This document shows positions 26,360-38,721 of a stretch of DNA of 64,000 nt, in pieces; the stretch's first letter is position 1; each line of letters begins with the position of its first letter. A program made the position numbers and the translations under genes. Below the pieces are notes generated by a model that ran no database searches, had not been told where the DNA came from, and saw only the letters and a list, made by a program, of their open reading frames with translations. Location of the stretch: NCBI GenBank assembly GCA_030390025.1, contig CM059433.1, positions 25,174,001 to 25,238,000 on the forward strand, given 5' to 3'. This stretch comes from Squalus acanthias (taxonomy: Eukaryota).

Positions 26360-28250
26360 CACTTCCCTGCTGCCAAGGGGCTGGGGAGCACCTAGATGCA
26401 CATCAGAGGGGCCAAGAGGACCCATGTCTACGCTGACATCCCTCCTGGAGAGGAGGTCTATGAGCCTCTGCCATCTATTCTCCATACATAGCCTCTATCC
26501 TCCATAGATAGCCATCTATTCTCCATAGAGACCATGTGCTCCTGTGAGTGGCGCATTAGCTGCTCCATGTAGGTGGCCATCCTATCCATGCAGGAGCCTA
26601 CAGTCGCCATCGCCTGCGATACGGTGGTGCTCATGTTGGAGGTGGACTCCTCCATTCTCTGAACATTTGCAGACATCGCGCTCGCAAATCCTGTCAGAGC
26701 CCCCTGCACTTCTTCCTGCACCTCCAGGATCGCCCTCTTTCTGGATGGCCCCAGAAGCTCAGCGTCTGCATGCAGCTGAGCAGAGCTAGGAGCGTCCTGT
26801 GCCCTCCGGCGAGGACTGCTGTCCCAGTCTCCACCATCTGCTCTTGCCCACTTGTGAGTTGTGAGACACCAGGTGACAACACTACTCTATCTAGTGTTGG
26901 ACCCACCAAGGTGTGCATCTCTGCGCTGGTGCTGGGTGCACTTATGTCTGTTGACGGTGCGCCCTCAGAGGCTGGAGGCTCCTCTGAGGAGTCGTCTTCC
27001 TCTTCCTCCTGGACAGTTGCGGGGCCTCTTGATGGACCTGTGGAGAGTTAAGAGGTGAGTTAGATATGTCATATGAAGAATGAGTACAGATACCATTATG
27101 CACATGATGACCATTCAGTGGCTGATGACATCAGTCCCCATATGAGTGACTGAGGTACGCCATGTAGCTGTATGATATGTAATTCTGTCACCAAGTTGCT
27201 GAGATGTCCCCCTCTCTCCGTCTCCCACCTCCAGCTGCTCGATGACTCCAGATATTTCTAAAGCAGCCTCCTCTGCTGTTGTAAGGTTTGCAAATGATGG
27301 AGGGCCACGGTCGGTTCTCCCCCTCTCCCTCTTATTTTGGGCTTTCTTTTCCTGCAAGGAGGGAAAGAAGAGAAGGTTGAGTAAGAGTGATAGAATAAGT
27401 GTAAGGGAATGGATGGGTTAGATCTTTAGAGGGTGACTATGATGGACTGAGGTGCCAAAGCCAAGTGGCCTCCTTGTGTGTTGTTATTTGGTATGTTTGC
27501 ATTAGGATGAGGGTGAGTGTGAGGGGTGGCTAGTCAGATGGGGATGTGATAATGTAGATAGAGAGAGAGCGATGGGTGAACGTGCAAGGTATGTTAGTGT
27601 GAGTAAGCTGAGGCCCCGTCTGATCTCTCAGGTGGATTTAAAAGATCCCATGGCACTATTTCGAAGAAGAGCAGGGGAGTTATCAAGAAGGAGTTGGATA
27701 TATTTCTTAAGGCTAAAGAGATCAAGGGATATGGGGAGAAAGCAGGGACAGGGTACTGAATTTGGATGATCAGCCATGATCGCATTGAATGGCGGAGCAG
27801 GCTAGAGGGGCCGAATGGCCTACTCCTGCTCCTATCTTCTATGATTCTATGATTCTATGTGTCCTGGCCAATATTTATCCCTGAACCAACAAAACAAAAA
27901 CAGATTATCTGGTCATTATCACATTGCTGTTTGTGGGAGCTTGCTGTGTGCAAATTGGCTGCCGCGTTTCCCACATTACAACAGTGACTCCACTTTAAAA
28001 GTACTTCATTGGCTGTAAAGCACTTTGAGACGTCTGGTGGTTGTGAAAGGCATTATATAAATGCAAGTTTCTTTCTTTTCTCTCTTTAAGGATGTGCAGG
28101 GGTAGGGTTGGGAAGACAGAGTGATGGGGATGTGAAGAGAGGCACAGCAGGATGAAGGTGAGTGTGGCTTTGTACTCACGTGATCTAATGAGATCATTGA
28201 GACATTTATGGCACTGCACCCAGGTCCTCCTGACCACAGGAGGATAAAAA
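26360..28250 (-). mobile_element. Harbinger Myb/SANT gene remnant (second family), with SINE/CR1 inserts
   Basis: RRTWVQCHKCLNDLIRS (about 28180-28235), exon QEKKAQNKRERGRT..LTTAEEAALEI, coiled-coil exon MSANVQRMEESTSNM. Confidence 0.7.
27605..28080 (+). mobile_element. DeuSINE (SacSINE1-like) with nested CR1 3' end (27683-27860)
   Basis: Deu-domain-like AAATTGGCTGCCGCGTTTCCCACATTACAACAGTGACT and L2-type tail TATATAAATGCAAG. Confidence 0.75.
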
Positions 28251-28284
28251 TCCACACCTTTTGTTTGTGTCTTTTTTTCTCTCC

Positions 28285-28615
28285 CACATGGCAGCTGTCT
28301 TTCATTCTGCCAGCGCAATTTACACTTCATCTAGAGCCATCCTTTGTTTCTTAACCTGTCCCATTACCATCTCCTTTTGCCTTGATTATCTCTTAATGTC
28401 TCTTAACCTCTCCTGCCTTCTATCCTATCACAGACCTTTCCTTTTGTTCTTTCATCCCCTCCCCCTTTCCCAGCCCCTACACTTGCTTAAAAATCTGTTC
28501 CATTTCCTGCTTTTTTCCAGTTCTGACGAAAGGTCGTCAACCTGAAACGTTAACTCTGTTTCTCTCTTCACAGATGCTGCCTGACCTGCTGAGTATCTCC
28601 AGCATTTTCTGTTTT
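28285..28615 (+). mobile_element. Penelope family A pLTR fragment
   Basis: Matches 25003-25338; intact hammerhead core at 28520-28554. Confidence 0.85.
28520..28554 (+). ncRNA. Minimal type I hammerhead ribozyme motif (Penelope A)
   Basis: GTT-CTGACGA-A-AGGT(cgtca)ACCT-GAA-ACGT-T-AAC: core, stem II, palindromic ACGT, stem I GTT/AAC. Confidence 0.75.
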
Positions 28616-29143
28616 TTTGTAAAAATGGAGTGTGTTTTAGGAACAAATTTCAAAAGTAACTTTTTTGACTTCAAACTACCCACATATTGTTTGTTTAGAG
28701 CACAGTATTTACAAAGAGCTTTGGGGAGAATCCAGTACTCAAAGCATTCTCCACGTGATTGCACTCTGGATAGAACACCACATCAGCCTCCTGCAGACTG
28801 ACACACAGAGTACTACAAGCAGATCTGAATTGCAGGGTTTTAGTGCTGTGAGGAAAAAGCCACTGGTATCTAAACAAGTCAATTAATAGTGAGCCAACAT
28901 GCTCTGCCAACTGTGCCCAGGCAATTGCATTATCTGGTGTATTTACATGACATTTTCTCATGTTATTCTGCCAAAGTTTTAAAGTTCTCCGTGGGCTGAC
29001 AGCACCTGACATCTATTGTTGTACAAGACTGTGCTTTCTTAGCCTCGTTTCAATTATCGGTAAAATAAAATCTTAACAGTACATAGATAGAAAGACTTGC
29101 ATTTATATAGCACCTTTCACGACCACCGGACGTCTCAAAGCGC

Positions 29144-30067
29144 TGTAGGATCCGTTCCTCCCCCACAACGGTAAAAATTGGACTATGAAATATAAAAACC
29201 CAGAACTGCAGAGCCAGCAAAAAGGGCTCGGCAATAAAGGGTTAATTCAAACATTGCAGCCGAAACTACGACTGGATCACAGACAATCTAAAATACGAAT
29301 GCTTCTGAACAAGAACATTCACATATTCATTTACCTTAAGGGGTTACATTGTCCTCCTTAGACCATGGCCCCTGAATAACCAGTTTCAGTGCAGGCCTAG
29401 ACAATGGGCCGGGCCTTGAACCTTTTGAATACGAATGCTAACAGAAACCAACAACCTTGCATATGCAGTCACTTTGAGAGGGTTGCATTGTCAGAAAGAT
29501 ATCTCAAATCAATGGACAATTCACAGATTTTGAAATGAATCGTGTGCTCAGAAGGGGGCCAGGAAATACTGCAAGTTGGTTTTGGTTTAAAGTAATATCA
29601 TTTCGAAGACAGTGGTGTGGGAAGCCGACGGCAGAACAGCAAACAGAAAGATTCGGGCCTACAATCAACTTCAAGAGACAGCCGATTGGGAGTGGTGATT
29701 GTATGTTTCAGCCAAATCATAGAGGGGCTTTTATGATTGAGTCTGAGTAAGTTTGTGAGTTTCAGTCAGATCACAATAAGGGTTTTGTGATTGAGTCTGG
29801 GTAACTTTATTTGTAACAGTCAAACCGCGGACGGGTTTAACTGTGTCATATTGTGTCGATGCAAATGACCCTTGCATAGGGGTTTGTATTTTGTGGTTGT
29901 TAGCCTGGTATAAATTGTAGGGATTTATACTGGGGAAGTAATTGTGTGTGTGTGTGTTCAATAAACAAACGAATCAAAGGTTGAGCCGTGTGTATTTTGT
30001 TCTTATAAATCCTGACGTCCAAGAACTGTGTGTAACGGGGGACCAGTATCGGAGAAAACCCCTAACA
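29144..30067 (+). mobile_element. 5' LTR of a second, truncated retroelement
   Basis: Begins TGTAGG, ends CCTAACA, AATAAA at about 29960, followed by a TGG-initiated PBS-like TGGTGACCGGCGGCAGGA at 30073. Confidence 0.75.
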
Positions 30068-30144
30068 GAATCTGGTGACCGGCGGCAGGACGTCAAGGTT
30101 TGGAACAAAATTATGGACAGGGTTAAGTGCAAGAAACCTGCGAT

Positions 30145-31010
30145 GGAGGATAGGATATTCCTCGTATGTGTTTGGGAAAGTAAATTTTTCCGAGCACTGG
30201 GTGCGGGAAATGTTACACTCTGACAGTCCGTATGAGAAAGCGGTAGTGTGGACGTGTAGTAGTATACATAAGAAATCGAAGGAAAAGGCGATTTGGCCAA
30301 TATGTATGCAGAAACAAATTCAGATGCTCACGGAGAAAGTTGAGCGTTTAGGAATAGAGAAACAGGAATCAGAAAGTAGGGCAGGAGAGAAAGAGGCCGT
30401 AGTGAACCGGCTGACAGAAGATTTGAGCTTTGAAAGGCAGAAGAGAAAAGCGCAGGAAGAAACAGCTGGAAACACGTTAGAGTACCTGCAATGTCAGGTC
30501 ACTGAAAGTAGAAGGCAGTGTCAGGCTCAGCGTGAGGAAGGTAATAGGAACTCAGAGAGAGCTGACAAGGCTGAGGAGCAGTTAAAAGATATAAAGGTGG
30601 CATACAGGGTAGCCAAAAACCGGGTACATGAAGAGGCCGATCACGGGCCCTGTAATGAAAAAATCCGTAAATTGACCCTAGCATTATCCAGGGCCAGGTA
30701 TGGTTTGTCTCATGGCACCAGGGGAAGTTGGGGTAGACTGGAATGAGGAGGAAAAGGAGCCCGATGATGGGATCCAGTATAGAGAGGTTCGACCGGCTCC
30801 CAAAGCACAGGGATCACCGGGGCCGATGTGTCCCTTGAGACAGCAAAAGTTCGGTCCACCCCCACAAGGCGGCGGTCAGGGGCCATTGCAGAGTGATTAT
30901 GTGCTTCCCTATACGTCCCTTCAGTTGCAGGAAATGCTGGCCAGTGTGCCGAAACTGAAGCACGGAGGGGATGCCTCTGTTCATTTTGCCAATGTAGAGC
31001 AGATAGGAGG
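30145..31010 (+). pseudogene. Coiled-coil gag N-terminus (loki-like), truncated
   Basis: Long heptad region ending LKDIKVAYRVAK..DHGPCNEKIRKL, similar to [19 protein letters not shown] in the gag at 38245; then MCPLRQQK..YVLPYTSLQLQEM. Confidence 0.7.
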
Positions 31011-32730
31011 GACCAAGCAAGCTCCCACAAACAGCAATGTGATAATGACCAGATAATCTGTTTTTGTTATGTTGATTGAGGGATAAGTATTAGCCAGGAC
31101 ACTGGGGATTACTCCCCTACTCTTCTTCAAAATAGTGCCATGGGATCTTTTACATCCACCTGAGAGAGCAGACGGTTTAACATCTCATCCAAAAGACATC
31201 ACCTCCAATAGTGCAGCACTCCCCTGGAATGTCAGCCTAGATTTTTGTTCTCAAGTTCCTGGAGTTAGACTTGAAACCCATGACCTTCTGAGTCAGAGCG
31301 TGAGTGTGCTACCAACTGAGCCACAGCTGACACTACATACCAGACAGCATTGTTATCTTTTTCAAACAGTGTGGAGCTGAAGAATCCCATTGATTTTGAA
31401 GCGGATGTTGACATAAACTCTTCAGAGGCCAACACAAATAACATATTGCTAGGTAACATTTTGTAACATCCATCATTCTGTCCCACTGGCTATATATATA
31501 TTAAAACCATGCATCTGATGTGTGTTCATGGGGCAAAAAACGTCCACAGGACAATAACTGTCTGCATGGTCCAGGAGAATGCCGGTGGAGCATAAAATGC
31601 TGGTATTTTTCAAATGCCCCATTGATAAAACAATGAATTACAAACTATTATCTATTAATGAACAATATTGATTGTCTCAAATAAAACAATCAGAAACTAC
31701 AAGGGTAAAATTCTGGTGGCGCATTGGCAAAAATACGGCGATGATGTTTGTTCATCACTTTGTTCCCACCATGAGCTTGTCTCAAATCCCAGTGACAGGA
31801 TCATTAAAATATTAGTAGTGGGCGCTTGTGCCAACAGGCGCACCCACCCAGGGGAAGTGGCGGGATATCGGAGTGGCACCATGTCACTTCAAGGGAGTGA
31901 GGGCACAGACCGGCCTCTGGTCTGGCTGCAGACTTGCAGAGTGCCAACTTTTCTTCTCTTGCTTCATTGCAGGATCAAGCAGCAATATTCCTCTTATTGG
32001 CCATATGCAGCCCAGAATGGCATGCATGCCTGCTTCCTGCTGGTTGCATTGATGGCATATCTGATGGGAATTCTGAGTTTGGGCGGGCGTGCTCAGGAGC
32101 TCATAAATGCCTCCAAAATGATGTTGGGATGGGGTGGGGAATGGATGAAGTGCTTTTTCTCCTTCCGTCAGAATTTGCTCTGACAGTTTTCAAGGGCAGA
32201 AACCTGGCAGAGAAAGGTTCTGCACCAATTTCTGACTCCCCCTCGCCTGGGACACCAGACTTCCACCCCAAGTAGGTCCTACCCTGCTGTCTCTGAATGA
32301 ATTGCTAAATCGCTTTGTTAACATTTCTACTTGTACTAATGACCAACTCGGAAACCAAACAAATCTATCGCATCTAGCCAGTTAATACTATGATGGGGGT
32401 TTTAAGTCAGGCTAACAATCTACTAACAACGTGGTGCTTAAAATGCTCAAAGGATTCGATAGGGAAACTACAGAGAAAATATTTCCTCTGGTGAGTGGAA
32501 TCCAGAACAAGGGGAAATAACCTTAAAATTAGATCCAGGCCATTCAGGAGTAAAATCAGGAAGCACTTCTTCACACAAAGTGTAGTAGAAATCTGGAACT
32601 CTCTCCCCCAAAAGGCTGTGGCTCCAATTAAAGCTAGCCTGCACTACTTAAAGGCAGTCTGCACCTCTTAAAGGGGAGGTGCATTCTGCCTGCAGCAGAT
32701 CATTCAACTGTGCAAAAAAATCAATTAATG

Positions 32731-35035
32731 ATGGCACAACAGGGGAGAGAGTGTGCACCAAGGTTCTGGGATGTGGCACTGGAGGCCTTGGTGCAGGAGA
32801 GAGGTCCTCTTTCCACAGGGGGCCAGGAGGCCCTCCAGGCAACAGACCAAAGTGCAGTGGGAGCAGGTAGCTGCTGTGGTGAATGCCAGCAATGTAGCCC
32901 CGAGGATGTGGATGCAGTGCAGGAAGTTTAATGACCTCACACGCGTGGTCAAGGTCAGTGAATTCAACTTCAAATGCTATATTCCACCATCTGCACCACT
33001 AGCCTCACACACTGCTTAATAGAAGCATAGCATAGAAGATAGGAGCAGGAGTAGGCCATTCGGCCCCTCGAGCCTGCTCCGCCATTTAATGAGATCATGG
33101 CTGATCATCCAAATTCAGTACCCTGTCCCTGCTTTCTCCCCATATCCCTTGATCCCTTAAGCCTTAAGAAATATATCTATCTCCTTCTTGAATATATTTA
33201 ATGAATTGGCCTCAACTGCCTTCTGTGGTAGAGAATTCCACAGGTTCACCACTCTCTGGGTGAAGAAATTCCTCCTCATCTCAGTCCTAAATGGCTTACC
33301 CCTTATCCTTAGACTGTGACCTCTGGTTCTGGACTCCCCCGCCATCGGGAACATCCTTCCTGCATCTAGTCTGTCTAGTCCTGTTAGAATTTTATAAGTT
33401 TCAATGAGATCCCCTCTCATTCTTCGAAACTCTAGCGTATATAAGCCTAATCGACCTAATCTCTCCTCATACGTCATTCCTGCCATCCCAGGTATCAGTC
33501 TGGCAAATCTTCGCTGCACTCTCTCCATGGCAAGAACATCCTTCTTCAGATAAGGCGACCAAAACTGCACACAATACTCAAGGTGTGGTCTCACCAAGGC
33601 CTTGTACAACTGCAGCAAGACATCCTTGCTCCTGTACTCGAATCCTCTTGCTATGAAGGCCAACATAATGCACCACACTCCCATCACTCACCTGCCAACA
33701 ATCTCTATCAATCACGACTGATACCTCACAATCACATGCTCCATCTCACTCTCACACACTTACCACTGCTGCATGCCTCACACCCAAATCTAACAGCTTG
33801 CACACACTGTCAAGTCTTCAACTATGACAGGCACATCACCCAAACACATTACACCACACTCACTGACACACTTCCCTTTGTCTTGCAGGAAAAGGTGGCA
33901 CATAACTGACGACAGCAGCCCTTAACCAGAGCGGGGGTGGGGGGGGGGGGCGGGCGCGGGGACAGGCTCGCCTGCAACACCTCACCCCCTTGGAGGAGAC
34001 GATGCTGGCCATTCCTGAGAGGGGCATCGCTGAGCCTGTGGCCAGCAGAGGGGCTGAAAGAGTCCTCAGAAGGTATCCTCCTTCTCACATCCCCCTTCCA
34101 CCTCATCCCCTCCCCCCTACCCTTGTGCCTTTCTCATTTCAGATACACAAGAAATCCAACCTGCCTGTGGATGTAGAAGAAGAGGGAGAGGAGAGTGATG
34201 AAGAAGAAGAAATACTGTCACTCGATCTGACACATGCAGCCACCAGCTCAGATACTGGCATTGCGCAGAGTTTAGAGGGTAGCTTAGAGGCAGGATCTAC
34301 ACATGGTGAGTCACCATGCTTGAGTGGGCTGCAGCCAGGGCAGGAGGAAAGGGTAGCGCAGGTGCCAGCACCCCAGAGGGCGAGGTTGCACACGAGTTCT
34401 GCTGCAGAGAACTCAGATGAGGACTTTGATGGGGCGGCCTGCAGAAGAACGCTGATGGGTATGCACAATGAAATGCTTGGTGCATTGGCAAGCCTGCCAG
34501 AAAGCCTGAGTTCAATGTCAAGGAGCATGGAGGAGGCCGGCACCAACCTTGCACAGGGCTTTGTGCAGAGCTTAGAGCCAATCCTTCCCAGCATGGAAGT
34601 GATGGGTAACTCTATTAGCGCACTTGTGGACTCAACCATCATGCAGCGTCTGATGGCCGATGTCTCAGCTTTCATTGCACCACAAGCAGAAGCCACCCAA
34701 TGACTGAGTGCTGCACTGGAAGCTCAGACTTCTGTCATGCAAGTTCAGATTGCTGCCATCATGGCTGGGTTTACCGGTGTGAAAAGGGGCTTGCAGGTTG
34801 TCCCAGCATTCCAGCAATCTGTTCTCCAACAGATGGCTAGGAATGCACAGACGCCACCCCGGGGGGAGAGGCAGTGGCTCCATGGAGCAAGAACCTGCTG
34901 TCCTCTCTCAGGATGACAGTATTCATCCTCCCACCACTGCTGCTCCACCAGTGCCCTTGCTGTTGCCCGTCAGCCAGCCAGCCCAGGCCGCTGCCGCCCA
35001 TGCAGAGGTGGTGCAGTTCGCAGCTGTGCCCTCAT
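32731..35035 (+). pseudogene. Harbinger Myb/SANT-like DNA-binding protein, 3 exons (about 32731-32953, 33889-34072, 34143-35035)
   Basis: APRFWDVALEALVQ..RREVLFP..WEQVAAVVNA..RMWMQCRKFNDL; GT/AG sites; acidic and coiled-coil exon 3; stops and frameshifts. Confidence 0.8.
33020..33668 (-). mobile_element. CR1 3' fragment in the Harbinger intron
   Basis: ORF 33157..33687 LAFIARGFEYRSKDVLLQLYKALVRPHLEYCVQFWSP; 3' tail at about 33020. Confidence 0.95.
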
Positions 35036-36031
35036 GATGGTGAGGTTGTGGAGCATGCAGCAGACCATGACAAATCTTGAGACACGCTCTGGGTGAGTAC
35101 TACAGGGCTCCTCCAGTGTGGTCCAGGCAGCAGAAGAGTTGTTTAAGGATGCCAGTGGTCTGCTCTATCAGATTCCATGTGGCAGCATAGCTCTCATTGT
35201 ATGCAGCCTGCCCACGTGTGGTTGGGTTGTGGAGTGGAGTCATGAGCCAGGTGGTCAGTGGATGGCCCTTGTCGCCCAGTAGCCACCCTCTGGTTTATCA
35301 TGGTGGCTCAAAGACTGAGGGAACACGTGCACTGACGCAGAATAAAAGCATCATGACTGCTGCCAGGATACCGGGCATTCACCATCATGATGTGCTGAGC
35401 ATGGTCATACACCAACTGCACATTCTGCGAGTGAAAATCTTTGCGGTTGCGGTACATCTCAGCATTTAGATGCGGTGCCCGCAAATCCATGTGTTGCAGT
35501 CGATGGCACCCTGCATCCTGGGGAAGTCCGCTATCCTGGCAAAGACACGTGCGTGCTCCGCCTGCTTCTCTCTGGGTCAGAGAGAAGACTATGACGTCCC
35601 CTCTCATGGCATAAAGAGCGTCTGTCGCCTCTCTTATGCAGCAGTGGCCGGCGAACTGTGAGATGTTACAGATGTCGCCTGCTCCAGCCTGGAAGGATCC
35701 CGTGCAAAGAAATTCAGGGCCATGTTCACCTTACAGCCACTGGCAATGCTGTCCTTGCCCTGGCGTGTGGCTGCAGGTCTGGTTGCAAGAGGTGGCAGAG
35801 TTCTGTGAGCACCTCCTTCGTAAAGTGCAGACGCCTCACACACTGCTCTGGCTCAGGTTGAAATAAGAGAATTCCTCTCGGAAGACCCTAGGTGGGTAAG
35901 GCCTCCTGCTGAAGTCCATCTCCCCTCCTCCTCCTCCTCCTTCTGTGAGCAGCTTGTCCTCTTCTTTGCTGCCTCTGCTCCATCTCCCTGTCATGCTGCT
36001 GGCCAAGGTGGATGACAACTAGAGCCCCCAT
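35030..36031 (-). pseudogene. Harbinger (HARBI1-like) DDE transposase
   Basis: GAIDC.H, YRNRKDFHSQNVQLV.D, ARYPGSSHDAFIL, WLLGDKG.P, CCMLHN; frameshifted. Confidence 0.9.
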
Positions 36032-36839
36032 GACTGGGAGCAAGTGGTCTGATCAGAACCCTTGAAGTCAGAAGCAAGGCCTTCTCCACTGGCAGCACCG
36101 CTCCCTGTCACCTCACTAACTTTAAACAACTCTAGGAAGCTCTAAACTCTTCTACAAGCTTACACAGAGCCAGTAGAAATTAATCAGCAACTCACCTGAG
36201 AGTGTTTGATGATCCCTTTAAATATCACTGGTAGGGGATCCTTGCAGCTCCTGAACGCATGTTCAGCTGTGCGAGGTTAACACAGGGCATTACTTCCAGT
36301 GTTGAGGATGAAAATGGCAGCGCTGGCGTCAAATCAGTGTTGCACGCTGATTGATGTCACGATCTGCCTACTCTACATACCTCCGGCGCACGCTACCAGT
36401 GCCAACGCCATCGCCCTCACCAAGATGGCGTCTGGCACGGCCCGCACCAGAATTGTGCGTGCGCGGCTTGGACGCCATTTTCGATCCAAAAGGGCACCCA
36501 TAGTGTCCAAACAATGAGTGCTACGCAATCGAATTTTTTGCCCGCTAGAGTTCTGTTTGCTGCAGTTCATAGGCACTCTTTAAAAAGACACTGTAAATAG
36601 ACTTTGTTGGCTTTGCTGTTTGCTGAGTAAATGCTGGAGGTCCTGCCGTAAGTCCTGCCCTGCCTCCAAATCATTGGGTGACACAGTGGTGTCAACAGAC
36701 ACTCCGGATTTTACGAGCGCGCATTAGCAGTGGGCTTTCATAATGGACTGAAAATTGTGGCCAGCACAGCGCGGTTTTTAATCTGCCCAGCTGGCAGCCG
36801 AGTCCCCATGGGAGCAGGACGTAAAACCGGCCCTAATCA

Positions 36840-37645
36840 TGTTGGCATATTATAGATTATATGTTCAAGTCTCTGGAGTAGGGCTTGAACCTATGCCTTT
36901 CTGCTCAGAGCCGAGTGCCACCACTGAGCCAAGGCTGTCCATCAGAGGAACAGAAAGTTTGGAGTTTTGGGGGTTGTAGGGCTAGTGGAGGTTACACAGA
37001 TACAGAAGGGCGAGGCTATGAATAAATTTTAACATGAGGAAGAGAATTTTAAATTTAAAGTTTTGGGAGAGAGAGAGAGAGAGCTGTTGGCACATGGAGT
37101 TCGGTTAATTCAGCTTCTGAAAGGTGTTCATGTTTAATTCATTCGATATAGGGGAAAAAAATGTAGGTGGTATCATTGGAGAGAGAGAGAAACAGATTTC
37201 ACTTAGCAACAGCTGGTGTTTGCAACCAACCGACCTTGGATAGAATAGAATGTTTAGATTAGAAATATTATGTTCGGATAAGAAAAGTCTAGAGACTAGT
37301 GGTTTATGCCTACACAGCAAGGCCATGATGTTTTGTGCCTCTAACGTTGTTGATGTGTGTTGAAGAAGATGCAGACTTGTCTCTCTGGACCATGCAGTAG
37401 CCAGAGATGACCATATTAGGCACTGCCTGCTTCAGTTTGATAAGAAACTGGTGTATAAATGTAAACTTTTTCCTTTGTTTGGAAGCATGGAAAACCCATG
37501 CCTAGGTTTGCGCGCTCCATCTGTGACTATACTCCGCTTGTAAATTGCTTTTTATGCTGAAGTTAAAGAATAAAATGATTATAACCAGAAGACTGAATTC
37601 ATTATTACTCAAGTGAACAAAACAGAACTTTGTTTTAAGTCAACA
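36840..37645 (+). repeat. 5' LTR
   Basis: TGTTG...CAACA; direct repeat of 52575-54049 (minus the MITE); TATAAA at about 37454, AATAAA at about 37569. Confidence 0.92.
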
Positions 37646-37647
37646 TT

Positions 37648-37665
37648 TGGCGAGCCAGCATGGTC
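37648..37665 (+). promoter_or_regulatory. Primer binding site, tRNA-Arg(ACG)
   Basis: TGGCGAGCCAGC: 12-nt complement of the vertebrate tRNA-Arg(ACG) 3' end (..GCTGGCTCGCCA), 2 nt after the LTR. Confidence 0.8.
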
Positions 37666-38721
37666 TGAACCTGCAGCTTTTTGTTCTGATAACTGGGGAG
37701 GTATTGATACCGGACTGAAGTGAAACCTGGACCATGAAGAACTCGATCCGGACAAGCTCTGGGACAGGAGGTAGGTTACTTCCACCATCGGAAACTTACG
37801 GTGACAATTATGCTGCAGGGCACAGGATAAAGAACCTATACATGTGAGTAGTAAACATTTTATGGAGGTACAGCAGATAAGTTATATGGTGTTTTAACGT
37901 GGCAGTGGCTGAAGGACCACTGTACTAATCATATAGTCCTCAATCTCTTATAGGCATCATAGAAAGGGAGAGGCTGTTGTAAGTGAGGAGATTGGAGACT
38001 GATCACCTCCAATAAAGGCCGAGTCCAAGAAGGAGAGAGCCGAGTAGAAAACAGCTGTAAAAATAAAAATGGATGGCGATGATAAAGGAATATTATCGTG
38101 GAATGAAAATTATGTCCAAAAGCACACTAGAGAAGGACCTTTTGGGGAGGGTAAGACTAATGACACTATGGTGACCTTTCAAGGAAGTGTGAGAATCGAA
38201 ATGTACATGAAAAAAATAAGAAAGCAAGAAAGGCCAATTGCATAATGGCAATGGTGCAAATAATAACTAGTTTGAATGAGAAATTCACTAAACAGAGTAG
38301 CCAGGTTCAGGCTCTACAGGCAGAAGTAGAGAGATTGAAAAACGAAAACGGTGCTGTACAGGCAGAACGGAGATTAGCTGCCAACCAACAGTTGGAGAGG
38401 CACCAATTACGCGCCCAGCTGCAGGATTCTTCAGAAACAATAACTACGATGCAGGGAAAACTGAAGGATACCAAAATAGCTTACCGAGCACTATGGAAAC
38501 AAGGAGAGAGAGGTGGTAAGGCAATGGAGAGAGGAGAGATGGGGAAAAAGATTAAAGAATTAAAAGTTAGAGTGGCAGCCTTGTCTGTCGGCATTTACGA
38601 GGAGGAATCCAGTAGTGATGATGACGAGGATGATCCAGTCCTCCCAACAGCGTCCCCACAGCCCAGAAGACCACTGAAGGAGGAGGTCTCTGATGCTGAG
38701 CAGGGAGGAAGTGATACTTCT

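Larger units (their letters stand above)
29088..31335 (-). mobile_element. DeuSINE split by an LTR-retroelement fragment
   Basis: Tail at 29088-29143; body and tRNA-derived head resume at about 31012-31335 (TGGCTCAGTTGG A-box-like). Confidence 0.75.
31703..36545. mobile_element. PIF/Harbinger DNA transposon, autonomous-type, degenerate
   Basis: Convergent Myb/SANT (+) and DDE transposase (-) genes; ends GGGTAAAATTC / GAATTTTTTGCCC; left boundary less certain. Confidence 0.85.

Noticed and set aside
31255..31335. tRNA gene
   Set aside because: Degenerate tRNA-derived SINE head joined to a SINE body
32731..36031. Host MSANTD/NAIF1-like and HARBI1 genes
   Set aside because: Stops and frameshifts, convergent transposon layout, TIR-like ends and multiple related remnants indicate a transposon
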